Source of the DNA: Neodothiora populina | Lineage: Eukaryota | Length of the DNA stretch: 64,000 nucleotides | Direction: 5' to 3' | Assembly: GCF_041146345.1 (NCBI RefSeq) | Contig: NW_027191407.1 | Coordinates: 434,001-498,000, forward strand | In this document: positions 11,837 to 23,597 of the stretch, one piece after another | How positions within the stretch are numbered: position 1 is the first letter of the stretch | Layout of the letters: every line of letters begins with the position of its first letter | The notes under the pieces: model-generated | The model's input: the letters and a program-made list of their open reading frames with translations, nothing else | Database searches by the model: none | What the model was told of the DNA's origin: nothing | Program-made: the position numbers and the translations under genes

Positions 11837-13979
11837 TGCAGAGCTGCGAGAGTGCAGCAGAGGTAGTAGTTATGAGCTTTCAGCGTTTCATTTGCTTGCC
11901 TATTCCGGCTGCCTGCAGACAGGACGTGCGGGATCGATGAACGATTTTGCGTTCTTGTGTAACTACTTTTGCAGCGCATTTGATGGGAGCTTGGCTCTGG
12001 CATGGCCTTATTAAATTTTAGACAAGGTCTTGACAGTATTGTACGCTGCAAGTAGCCGTTGGGACTGCGACCACATCAACATCGATGGAGTCAGAGTCAA
12101 TGACACCAGATATATGGCACTTGGGGCATTTTCAAGACAATATATCTGAATAAGCGTTCATTCCGATTCGCTCAGACTCAGCGAGACGACATATGTGAAG
12201 TAAGTGATGGCATCTTTCGAAAGCCATCCTGTAGCTCCATTCCGGAGACCTCTCAGCGACGGAATGCATTCACCCGATAGAGTCATCAAATCGAAACCAT
12301 CCAGCTGTTACAATTTTCCATCCCATCGGACATCATTTTCCCCAAGGCAATGCCCACATGACAGTCCTCGTTCCCGCCAAGCCTATCTTCCATTCGTCAT
12401 GATTGAGTAAACAATCTTCATCGCAATCAAGACGAACTGCAACATCCAAAGATCCGCAGCCGATCGGCTCTCTGATACCGAGAAGGTCCAAAGGACACAG
12501 TACCTGCAGCTCCCTCCCTGTGCTTCTATGCAACTTTATCAAAGTCTCGTGGGATCATCTCTTGTGCATAGCCAAATCGAAGATCACAAGCAACAAGACC
12601 AAGCCTCAATATCATTCAACGCACCGGACCGCACGAGTCTCATAGACTCTCAAGCCATCCAAGGCGAAAGAGCCTACAGTACCTCAGCCAGCATGGAGAG
12701 GATACTCTAATCCGCATGAGGAAGCTCAGAAACCAAGTTAAGGATTGACGATGAATAAGGTACGAGAGAACAAATCAAGCTCGACTCCACAACTTTGTTT
12801 CCTATCAAGCATTCTTCTACAGAGCCGAGGTGTGGTTCTTGTGGGGTAGGAAAGCCGCTAGCTAGATAGATAGACAGGGACTTGAGTGGAGCATAAGGTA
12901 TCTTGCTTGACAAACCGAGGTGGACGCTACACTTACCTTTCGCTTTTGCTTTGCATTGTATTTACTGTCATATCGTATTAATATCGTGCTAGAAGCCACA
13001 TAATCCTTGCCGTACTGCACTGCGGAAAAGAAGAAGGAAAAGGGAAGCGCGTACAAGAGCTGGAAACAGAAGGTGCATGTTTATAGTACCGTACTGTGTA
13101 TCGCTATCGTCCAGAACGCCATGAGATACCATGTTATATGCATGGCGCGCCCCACTGGGTCAATCATTATCATTGTGCCTGGCTTGTGTTTTTCGATATC
13201 TGACTCGACTCGACCTGAACCGACCTGCAGCCAGCAGTGGTACTATAGATATGCAAGAAACCAGACTAAAGTCAAGATTAGACTAGACCAAACTAAGCAG
13301 TCGGATCAGAGCGAGAGTCACAAGCAGCGGAACGCAAGGAGGCGCCTGGCACTTTGCACGTCACATCACCTTGCCCTACCCTGTACATTAACGCAGTCTT
13401 GGAGTGCAATGTGTAGATACACGAAGTGCGTAGACGTGAGGAAAGAACATGCAGAGACCAGTGTCTCAGATCTGTTTTATACATCCGATGCGCAGGCCAG
13501 AACCACAGCAGGATATGGTAGTAGCCCGAGGAAACAGCGGCAAATAGCCCCCCCCGCGGGACCTTGCATACCTGACCCACACGCCTGCCCTTCCGACCTG
13601 CCCTTTCTACTCTTTGTAGAGTAAGGCCCAGTATGCAATGCAATGCAACGCACGACGAAGCTTCTGCTCTGCTCTACTCGGCATGATCGCCATACTCTAC
13701 TACGGCACAATATATTGCAGATCTACATCCACTCCGCCTTGCCGCAGGTCGGATTGTTTATCTGCCTTCTACATGCATCCTCGCGCGGTTCCTTGTTGTC
13801 TGCCATGTTTCTTACCATTCGGGTTGGGTTCCTTGTTTTTGCCCGAGTATTCTTTATTTATCGCGTGATAGTGCTGGAGCATCGACACTGATCTTATCCG
13901 AGGTTTATAGCTGATACATTCACTGTAGATTATGATGTTATGTGATTGACGGTGATCGGTAGTGGTAGTGTACCTACTG

Positions 13980-13986
13980 TATAAAA
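13980..13986 (+). promoter_or_regulatory. TATA box of the tripeptidyl-peptidase gene
   Basis: TATAAAA about 100 nt upstream of ATG 14081, followed by a CT-rich tract. Confidence 0.55.
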
Positions 13987-14080
13987 GGCTAGGTCTGGCA
14001 ACGCATTCGCTGCCTTTTCTCGTCTTCTCTCCCCCCTCTCTTTCTCGACTCACGCAAGAGAGAAAAGAAGATCAGAAGCA

Positions 14081-16286
14081 ATGTTTCTCCCCACACTCTC
14101 CCTCTCCGCAGTGCTCGCCACACTGATCGCTGTTCGAGCTGAACCGATCCCTGTGTATTCCTCTTCTGTTGCTGATGTCAAGCACGAACTCAAACGCACA
14201 CCATTCGCGCTCAAAGACTCGATCGCGGTGCCCAGACAGTGGAAGAACGTGGGTCGTGGACCGGGCGAGCATGTCGTTGAGCTGAAGATTGGACTTAAGC
14301 AGAGGGGCTTTGGGGAGTTGGAGAGGAGGCTTTTTGAAGGTTTGTCCGTTTTTCTTCTCGTTCTCGAGGTTCTTGGTAGCGGGGATGGGGTTTATTCTGA
14401 AGGGTGGTAGGGGGAAGGGGCGGAATTGGTTGGTGTTCATCAGGGACAGAGAATGGAATAAGAGGGAGGCTATAGTAATGGCACTTGACTTCAATGTTTT
14501 CCAGAACCAATCGAGCGACTAAAACTGACATCCAAAAAACCCGCAGTCTCGGACCCAACCCATGAAGCCTACGGCTCCCACCTCAGCGACTCGGAGATCC
14601 ACTCCCTCGTGTCCCCGAGCGACGAAACTCTCTCGCTCGTGCACTCATGGCTATCCACGTCCTCGATCCCGACTTCTTCTCTACGCTACAGCCCGGCGAA
14701 AGACTGGATCACCGTGTCCCTGCCTATAGCTCAGATCGAAGCACTCTTGGACACGGAGTACTCTGTGTTTGAGAAGACGGCCGACGATGGAAACGAGGGA
14801 TTGAGAATCGTCCGCGCCCCGGCATGGAGTCTTCCGATCGAATTGCACGAGCACATCGACACGATCCAGCCCACGACGTCCTTCTTCCGGCCCACGGCCA
14901 TGAAGCAGACTGTCCACCCTCCTACGCGTCTGGGGCCTAATGTCGAGCTGCACAGAGAGTACTTCTCCAACCCGACCGTCGGCGCAGTGTGTAACACCTC
15001 CGGCGTGACTCCGTTGTGTCTGCGCACGCTGTACGGCACGATTAGTTACGAGCCTAGAGCCGCTGGCGCGAATAAAGTCGGGCTGTGTGATTACCTTGGT
15101 GAGAGCAATAATAGGTCTGATATTGAGATTTATCTGCAGAGGTATAGACCGGAGGCTGTCAAGGCTGCCTATGAGTTTCAATTTGATGTTATTGATGGCG
15201 GCGCGGATTATCAAGTGTTGAATGAGACGCAGCTGGAGGCTGAGACCGATGTTGAAGGTTATTTTTTTGATAAGACGAAAGAATAGGGAGAAGGAGAGCT
15301 GACTTCGTGTGACAGGAAACCTGGATGCCGAGACCATCATCGGAATCGACTGGCCTACGCCTCTGACCGCTTACACCACCGGCGGCTCTCCACCTTTCAA
15401 CCCGGACGATTTCACGGCGTCCGACACAAACGAGCCTTACCTCGCATGGGTCAACTATGTCTTGTCTCAGCCTTCCTCCGACGTGCCCCAGACCATCTCG
15501 ACATCCTACGGCGACGACGAGCAGACGGTCCCCGAAGCCTACGCTCGACGTGTGTGCAACGAATTCGCTCAACTAGGCGCAAAGGGCGTGTCTCTGATCT
15601 TTTCGTCCGGCGACTACGGAGTGGGTGCCGACGGCCACTGCTTCTCCAACGACGGCAAGAACACTTCCATGTTCTTGCCTGCGTTCCCTGCGAGTTGCCC
15701 ATATGTCACTGCCGTGGGAGCGACATACCAATTTAACCCTGAAGTTGCAGCCTACGATGGCAGATTCAGGACTCCCTTCACCAGCGGCGGTGGGTTCAGC
15801 AACTACTTCTCTCGGCCCGCTTACCAGAACGGTGTCGTGCCCGCCTACGTCGCCGGTCTCGATGGGGAGTTCTCAGAGTTCTACAACGCAAAGGGTAGAG
15901 CTTACCCTGACGTCGCCGCGCAGGGAGTCAATTTCACCACCATCTGGAACGGCTCGCTGGTTCTGGTCGATGGAACATCTGCCGCGGCGCCTACTTTTGC
16001 AGGCGTCATTTCGCTCGTCAACGATGCACTCATCGCTGCCGGAAGACGTCCTCTGGGTTTCTTGAACCCTTGGCTGTATGGCGGTGGCTACAAGGCCTTT
16101 ACCGACGTCACTAGTGGTAGCTCGGCCGGATGCGCTGGTTTGGGCAGTGGAATGGGGTTCCCTGCCAAATCTGGCTGGGATGCCGTCACGGGCTTCGGTA
16201 CCCCGTATTTCCCCAAGATTATTGAATCGCTGGGTTTGAACTGCAAATGGGGGCACGGTGGTGGCTGGGGTGGGTACTGGCACTGA
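14081..16286 (+). CDS. Secreted tripeptidyl-peptidase / sedolisin (S53); 3 exons (14081-14339, 14547-15257, 15316-16286)
   Basis: Signal peptide; pro-domain VSDPTH..YG; catalytic EGNLD formed across intron 2; ISTSYGDDE, SSGDYG, GRAYPDVAAQG, GTSAAAP, GWDAVTGFGTP. Confidence 0.94.
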
Positions 16287-16442
16287 TGACAAGATGACGA
16301 TGATGAATGTATGGTATTAGTGTCGGTAGAAGACTGCCATGTATGCAAATCTTGTACTATTTCAGCACCTGAAGCGAAATTCTCCCTTGCTTTCGTGCAA
16401 TTCGTGAACATTGTATCCATAAGGGTGGAATCCGAGAGAGGC

Positions 16443-17957
16443 TCAGTAGTAGGCAGGGCTATCCGTGCGGTACTCTGTGCCCGTACCAGGAAAAGCACCG
16501 ACTGGCTCAACAGGCGGATAATCTGCTTCATCGCCACTGTCTGCCTCGGTAGCAGTATAAGCATGCTGAGCTGGATCTGGTGGAGCACGCATACTGGCCA
16601 AGACGTGACCGTCCAGCGCAGGAGGAGTGTAGGTCTTCAGGGTGTGGTACTCTCTGCCAGACGGCATGGCAGCCAGAAGGGGCTCGAATGGTGCAACAAT
16701 CTGGACACTGACAGTGTCGTTTTCTCTGTTCCACTTGCCTTCGAGCCATTCGAGCACTCGTCCTTCCTCCAGTTTGCCAGCGTCCAAGCCCCAGGATTCG
16801 ACATTTCCTCTGGAGATGATCCGATCTTCTCGCTTCTCCGCCCATGACTGCTTCAGGCCCTTGAGTCCTCTGCGTTTCCCACTCTCTGCCTCTTCTGCGG
16901 ATGAAGTGATGAAGCCCAGCTCTTTCCGACCGCCGCGCATCCACGCGATGGCTTCGCCAGTCTTGCCAGCAATCTCGGCGTCGATGCCTAAGAAGCGCGC
17001 TGCTTTGGCTCTGGCTGTTCTCTTAAAGTCGTCGGTGTATTTCAACAGCGAGTCGTCCAGTCTTGCGCCTGCTTGGGCCAGCAGCGCAGATGCTTTGGCG
17101 GCGTGGTCGGCCGAGGCAAGACACAGTCTCGCGAACAGGTGAGCGCGGACTTTGGGTATCGAGGGAGCGCGGATCATCCACTCCTTGCTCTCTTTGTTTC
17201 GGGCTTCGACTACTGCAGCAGCATAAGGATCATCTTTGGAGACGGTGATCAGAGTGGCTTCGGCCAATGCCAGACTCGCGAGGGCGGACTGTGTGGACGG
17301 GAGTATATCTGCCGGAGCAGACGGTGTGACAGAAGGCGAAGGAGAGGTGACTGGTGATGCCGATGTATGCGCTACTTGCGGCACAGGCTGCAGCAGAGCA
17401 GCAGCGAGTGACAGGGAGTAGCTGTGGATGCTGTTCGCGTCGAGGAGGAACTTCATGGCCGTGGCTATGGCGCCCGCCCTGTGCTCCTGTGAAGGTGGAG
17501 GAGATGCAGCATAGAGAGAGAAGAGGAGAGAGCGCGCCTGGAGGACTTGAACATAAGCCAGAGTCTGCAGGACAAAGGCCAGCTCGTCGCGGATCCTGGT
17601 GATTTTGACTCTTTCGGGCTCGCCTCGTCCGGCGCTGCTGCGTGACAGTGTCGGACGCCATTCCAGCTCGAGAGGTCTTGTTTCCTGCATGTCTACTCTT
17701 TCGCCATGTATGGGCTGTTTGTCCACAGCTGCGTCCAGCAACAGCAGGTACGGGATGTAATTGTTCAGGGCGTCTTGGACGGTGGGTAGATTGCTTGCTT
17801 GAGAGGCGGTGGGGAGGCGCTTGTGTTTCTTGAGGGCATCTCGAAGCACAGAGCGATGTGTCGTCGCAGTGAATGGCAGCGATGGATGTGTCGAGGATGC
17901 CAGATATTGGGTCAGAGGAGAAGAACCAATTGTCGGCAGGACAAAGGGAAAGGGCAT
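16443..17957 (-). CDS. palC: pH-response regulator PalC (Bro1-like domain)
   Basis: N-terminus MPFPFVLPT..HPSLP..RSVLRDALKKHKRLP; WMIRAPSIPKVRAHLFARL; MPSGRE; C-terminal YY. ATG at 17957. Confidence 0.92.
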   Translation of the reverse strand: MPFPFVLPTIGSSPLTQYLASSTHPSLPFTATTHRSVLRDALKKHKRLPTASQASNLPTVQDALNNYIPYLLLLDAAVDKQPIHGERVDMQETRPLELEWRPTLSRSSAGRGEPERVKITRIRDELAFVLQTLAYVQVLQARSLLFSLYAASPPPSQEHRAGAIATAMKFLLDANSIHSYSLSLAAALLQPVPQVAHTSASPVTSPSPSVTPSAPADILPSTQSALASLALAEATLITVSKDDPYAAAVVEARNKESKEWMIRAPSIPKVRAHLFARLCLASADHAAKASALLAQAGARLDDSLLKYTDDFKRTARAKAARFLGIDAEIAGKTGEAIAWMRGGRKELGFITSSAEEAESGKRRGLKGLKQSWAEKREDRIISRGNVESWGLDAGKLEEGRVLEWLEGKWNRENDTVSVQIVAPFEPLLAAMPSGREYHTLKTYTPPALDGHVLASMRAPPDPAQHAYTATEADSGDEADYPPVEPVGAFPGTGTEYRTDSPAYY

Positions 17958-18698
17958 CGTGTCACTTGAGAAAAGGTCTGTGGTAAGGAAGGAGCAGCGT
18001 CGTTGTGTCCAAACTAGGTACTGTATGTCAGTGTTTGGGCAGTCGCGGAATAAACGTGATGACGATGCGGGGGAATTCATACAAGTAAGGTACCTTAGGG
18101 ACAGGAACTAAAGATTAACCATATCTCTGTCGACTTGGCAGATTCCCTGAACATACCTTATACAGAATCGCTATACGTGGAGTAATTGTTGCAATGTAAA
18201 GCTAGGAGGCAAGTGATTTGTACACCATCGGGATACAATAATACTACGACATGACGAATGAGAAAGGCACATTCGGTATATCACAGTCACTAGATCTAGG
18301 AGAGTCGGTCCATTGCCAAAATAATCGTACAGTTTCAGTGACCAATACCAGATAAAAATATGCAGCTGATCGCCAGGAACAAGACCCTGCCACGTTCGTC
18401 CTTATCTATATCCTTCCCGACTCGACATCCATGGATTGAACAACAAGAATGACTTGACAATTCACTCCAGACTCGGTGGAGTACCTATCCAGACGCCGGC
18501 AGAATGTCTTGTCAGAATCCGAAACCCCACAGGGCGGAGACGACCTCAGGGTCTCAAGGTACCTTACACACTACGCCTTACCCGTTGGGGAACTGTGCTT
18601 TCGTGCTCGCCATGTCTGCTGTGTTGCACCATAAAACCACCCTCGAACTCTAGGTACTGTAGTCATCTCCAGAATCAACATCGCCCAGAACTTCCGGA

Positions 18699-19947
18699 AT
18701 GTCTTCTGCTGCTTCGGGATCCGCCCGCAAGGTGACTGCTTCAAAGTCGCTGGGCAAAGTCCTCGTCACTGGAGGGTCTGGTGGACTGGCCTCTCAGATC
18801 ATCGCCCAACTCATACAGCGCAATGCCACTGCCCAAATCTCTACTGTAGACCTTCGCGCCCCGGCAGAGCCCATTCAAGGATGTCAGTACCACTCTGGAG
18901 ACCTCACTGACGAGGCTGCAGTGGCCAAAATCTTCGCAGAGGTCAAGCCTGACGTGGTCATCCACACTGCCAGCCCGCGCTTTGATTCTCCACACCCGAT
19001 CATGTACAAGGTCAATGTCGATGGAACCAAGAACCTCCTCAAGATCGCCCAGGAAGCTGGAGTCAAGGCCTTTGTCTACACCAGCAGTGCGAGTGTCATC
19101 AGCGACAACAAGACTGACCTGGTCAATGCCAACGAGGAGTATCCTCTTGTCATAGGCGACACCCAGCCCGAGTACTACACCACTACAAAGGTAACATCTG
19201 TCTTATCTTTGTTCCCATGAAGCCCCTTTGCTGATTTTCTGTCTTTCACAGGCTCTCGCGGAGACAGCAGTCATCGAAGCAAATCGTCCCGCAAGCCACC
19301 CACGCTTCTTGACTTGCGCCATCCGACCCTCAGGCATCTACGGCGTGGGTGATCTCTTGGTCCTTCCTGGCATGCTCCAGGCATACTACAAGGGTCAGAC
19401 CAAGTTCCAGCTCGGCGAGAACACAAACCTCTTCGATTTCACCGACAACCAGAACGTTGCCCACGCGCACCACCTCGCTGCCACTGCCCTCCTCACCACA
19501 CTCGAGCGCGAAGAGCAAGGCCAAGCCAGACCTCTCGAACACGAAAAGGTCGACGGAGAGGCTTTCTTCATCACCAATGACTCTCCCATCTACTTCTGGG
19601 ACTTTACCAGGTCCGTCTGGCGACATGCCGGCGACCAGACCGCCCCGAGCAGCATCTGGCACATCTCCAAGGGCATGGCCTTGTTCATTGCCACCGCCAT
19701 GGAATGGATCTTCTGGCTCTTGAGGCTGGGCGCACCCAACTTGACCAGAACAAAGGTCAATTTCAGCTGCATGACCAGATACTACAACATCGACAAGGCC
19801 AAGCGCAGACTTGGCTACAGACCCGTCATCACCACAGAACAAGGACTACCCCTGGCAGTGGCCGATTGTATTCGCAGAGGCGTTGTTCCTGGTATGCCTG
19901 AGCATCTGAAAGGGTCCGCAGGCGGGGACACGAAGAAGGAAAAGTAG
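18699..19947 (+). CDS. erg26: Sterol-4-alpha-carboxylate 3-dehydrogenase (C-3 sterol dehydrogenase); intron 19191-19251
   Basis: VLVTGGSGGL, VIHTASP, VYTSSASV, YTTTK catalytic motif, CAIRPSGIYG, GEAFFITND, CMTRYYNIDKAKRRLGY. Confidence 0.88.
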
Positions 19948-20328
19948 GCATATCTATGTACACAGCGAGGCGATTATGTAGCTTGTATTTCATACCTTTG
20001 TTCTTGTCATGGTAGACATCTAGCTTCCCACTGGTCACGTTGTTCGAGCCGTCTTGTGCTCTCCCAAGCCGCCTGGCACTCTTGTAGCTGTGACTCGGAA
20101 GAATGTCGGAGCTTCAGCAGCAACCCCGGGTTTGACTCTGGCACCAGTCTTTTGAGTAGGTAGATCTACCCTTCGATACCACTGAATGTTACTGCATCTC
20201 CCATTTTGTTTATATTTGATCTCTTTGCTTAGCAGCTTGCCATCTCTGTTATAAATCATCAACGATTTTCTGTAAAAATGGGTTAATGCGCAGTCTATCT
20301 TGCGCCAACTAATCCAAACACCGCCGTC

Positions 20329-22178
20329 ATGGTTCCGGCTCGGGAACCTCTGTCATATTACGCAGAGTACCTGCCAAATATCAAAAGCGTCACTTTGACA
20401 TTATTCTCTTCACCGCATGACTCTTCTATTGGCCTCAGCCCTGACGGTTGGACTGTACGTGTCACTGGCTCTTCTGGTCAAGTCGTGAATATACCTCTGC
20501 CTGCAAAATGCAGCACCAGCGGATCAGGTATGCGAATACAACAAGACTCACAGCGAACAACGATCCGTCTGCCAGCGGACCCTGATACTACATCTTCACC
20601 GCGAATTGAAGAAACCGTCAATCCATGGACCGCGACTCAATTATCGCAACAAGTCGGACTGAGTTGCAAGTCCTGCGCCAGCGTGATCGTAAAGTCAGGC
20701 ACCATCTCTTCATGGAAGGACTTGCCCAGCGAGGGCTGGGCCGAGATGATGGATCTATGGCATTGTCACAAACCAGACGAACATCATTTGCATGGCCCTC
20801 ATGACGAGCAGGGCTCTGCGAAGGGCTATGCTGCGGGAAGTAAACTCGTCGCTAGGCAAGGCACAGGGTTTGTGGCTACGCTGGGGTTCTTGCTTCATGG
20901 CGGTGATTGTACTGGAGTCAAGGTAAGTCAATGGCTTGTCTTTTGATGCTTCCGTCTCTTTTGTTGTGGCTTTTTTTGCTCTCTCATTTCTTCATCTGCT
21001 GTTGTCTTTGATCCTGGGCAAAAAGAAGGTTTCTTCCCCGGTATTCATCGCTGGTGTCACAGCCAGCCATGTTCGTCCAGATCAGTGGGATTTGAATACC
21101 GATACAATTGCCCTATATTGAGCGACACAAAGGGACAAAGAATCTCATTCGAGTTCTTCCGAGGTGTCGATCGCGGGGCGGTCCTTGACGGAACACTCGT
21201 GGTCGGCTACTTTGTGATGCTCGAAGTTGAAGACTTCTATCGACCTTGCGTCTCAATATTCTCCATTGCCGTCCCGATTGAGCATCTTTTGGGTGCGGTG
21301 GGAGTAACTTTGAGATACACATGCTTTTCTCTAGCTAGCTTTATATGTTGACAATAAATTTGACATTGCATTTCTTTCGCTCCCTCCCTTAACATCCAAT
21401 TCGATGATTTCCCTTTTCGCGTAGCCAAATCAAAAGTAATCCAACAGTCCTCTGATATATGTTCTAGATCACTCAAGAAACCACACAAGGCACATCCCCA
21501 TCACCGTCACTGCATCCAGATCAACTACAATGTTCCTCATGCGGATCCTCTCTGGGCCACACCGACTCTCAAAGTGAAGGGTTGAAACTGCTCAAGCCAT
21601 ATCTTGCTCTATCCTCCTCATCTTCCCCACAACCCTCCCGCATATTCACGACGGAAAAGTGGCTCTCGGCCTACCTACTCTCCCTGATCGAGTCTACTGG
21701 CGTACGCAAGTTCATTCTCCGCCAACGACAGCATACCAATGAGACCACCGATGGACCAACCCGCCGCGACCGCGAGATATGGGTCTTCTCAACAGGACTA
21801 AGCTTCACATCATCATCGACATTCTCTTCATCACTTGTAGCAGAAGCAGAACAAGATACCAAAGTAGCGAGAACAGAGCACCCGAAAGAAGCGCTAAAGA
21901 TTTTCTATCGTACCCATGCTGCCGCGTCCGCCGACGATACTCGGTCACAAAACGACAATGGGTCAGAGTCACTGAAGCGCGAGAACCTGATGGTGGAAGA
22001 ATTGCGCTTGCCCTCCTCGGATCTGGAGGAGCAGCTGTGGGATATACTGGAGAACAGCACGAGGACGATCTTGTTTGGTGATGAAATGGATGCGCAAGGA
22101 GGAAGGCTGGCGAGGTTTGGGCAGTGGCATGTGGGATTGTTGGAGAGGTTTTCTCACGAGCATGGGCTGCAGTTGTGA
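20329..22178 (+). CDS. UBE3D/Ipa1-like protein (ubiquitin-conjugating enzyme E2C-binding, HECT_2 family); intron 20923-21467
   Basis: YAEYLPNI start, CKSC, WKDLPSEGWAEMMDLWHCHKP, second CxxC (CSSCG) after the intron, STGVRKF, C-terminal W-x-VGLLERF. The phase-0 intron joins in frame. Confidence 0.85.
21016..21324 (+). ncRNA. Intronic H/ACA-like guide RNA, putative snR81-related (U2 Psi42 guide)
   Basis: Hairpin GGGCA..UGCCC with pocket arms AAAAGAA (21021-27) and GAUAC (21101-05). H-like box AUAUUG 14 nt from the pocket. Terminal hairpin with ACA (21319-21) 14 nt below its upper stem. Confidence 0.7.
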
Positions 22179-22451
22179 TAAAATAGTCCTGTAAATTACT
22201 ATCTGAAACGAAGGATTGCGCATGACCTTGTCCATGGGCATCGTGGATGAAATGAATATGGAGGAGCGATAAGATAAGATAAGATCGGAGGACTGATCAC
22301 ATGACACGTCCAATCTCCGGGATGCTGGAAAAGTTACGGTCATTATCCCCAAGCATTTCCCATTTGCCATTCGCCTTTTGTGAATTATTGCATCAATCCA
22401 AGAATCACTTTCCCTCAATTCAGTCTTATTGATTGATTCTTCTCCTTGAAC

Positions 22452-23597
22452 ATGTGAGTCTCTATGAACTGACAAATCCAATTGTCAGGCGACGCAGAGC
22501 TGATGGAACGCAAAAAGGTATCTTCTCCGTCGCGCCGCCGTGCGGTCATTCTCTTCGCAGACGACCGCCTTCCTCGCCAAACCTCGCACTCTCGCCACAA
22601 AGACCAGTTCTGGATCTGCTCTCCGGACGCAACAATGGGCCGTCTCCTCGTACCAACGGAGATTCGCCAGTGACGAGGCCTCCCCGGCCAAGGCTTCGAC
22701 CACCGACGAGACCGTTCCCACCAAGCCTTCGCAGGCCGAGCAGACGATTGCCGAGCAGGTCAAGGCTACGGAGCAAAAGGCAGAGTCTAGCATCGGCGAG
22801 GCCAGCTCGACCGTCGCAGAGACTGCACAGAACGCCGCCGAGACCATCAAGGAAACCGCCACTTCGGCCGTCGGGGCCGCACAGGATGCTTTGAGCAGCG
22901 CTGCCGCCGCCGTGGCTCCTAGAACTTCGAGACCTCGCAGAGATGACAGCGGCAAGGAGGGCAAGATTCTTTACGTCGGTAACTTGTTCTTCGAGGCTAG
23001 AGCAAACGATATCGAGAGAGAGTTTTCGAGGTTCGGAAATGTGGTCAACTGCAGACTGGCTACGGATCCCAAGGGTCTGAGCAGAGGGTATGCATTCTTT
23101 CCTTTTGTCTCCCAAACCACTAGCTGATCAGAAAACAAAGATTCGCCTTTGTCGAGTTCTCCGAGGCTAGCGAAGCCGCCGAAGCACAGAAGAACCTCAA
23201 CCAACAGGTCTTCCAAGGCCGCCGCATGGCCGTCCAGCCTCACATCAACCGTGGCGCCGCAGCATCTGGCGAGCGCGCCAGCTCGCAGCGCGCCCCCCGT
23301 CCAGGTCACGACAACCCTCCCTCGAAGACTCTGTTCATCGGCAACATGAGCTTCGAAATGACGGACAAGGACCTCAACGACCTGTTCAAGAACGTGGCCA
23401 ATGTCATTGATGTCAGAGTCGCCATCGACCGAAGGACCGGCCAGCCCAGAGGTTTCGCCCACGCAGACTTTGTCGATGTCGATGCCGCCACCAATGCTCT
23501 GGCCGAGCTTAACAACAAGGAGGTGTTCGGCAGACGGTTGAAGGTCAACTACGGCGTAGAGTCCAAGCATCGCCAGGGAAACGAGGCTCCCTACTAA
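22452..23597 (+). CDS. Two-RRM RNA-binding protein with a mitochondrial-type presequence; exons 22452-22453, 22518-23087, 23141-23597
   Basis: RNP2/RNP1 pairs LYVGNL/RGFAFVEF and LFIGNM/RGFAHADF; Arg/Ser/Ala-rich N-terminus MYLLRRAAVRSFS. Confidence 0.85.

Noticed and set aside
11900..13950. Short ORFs between the P450 and the peptidase, including 13007-13624 (205 aa)
   Set aside because: Near-cognate starts, no domain similarity, microsatellite-like composition; treated as intergenic/promoter DNA.
1146..17957. sltA and palC as an alkali/cation-stress gene cluster
   Set aside because: They are 12 kb apart with unrelated genes between them; nothing in the sequence supports functional clustering.
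21250..21321. Terminal hairpin as snR30/U17 m1/m2 motifs
   Set aside because: AUAUUCUCC only partly matches m1 and UAACUU poorly matches m2 (AAACCAU); the U2-complementary first pocket fits snR81 better.
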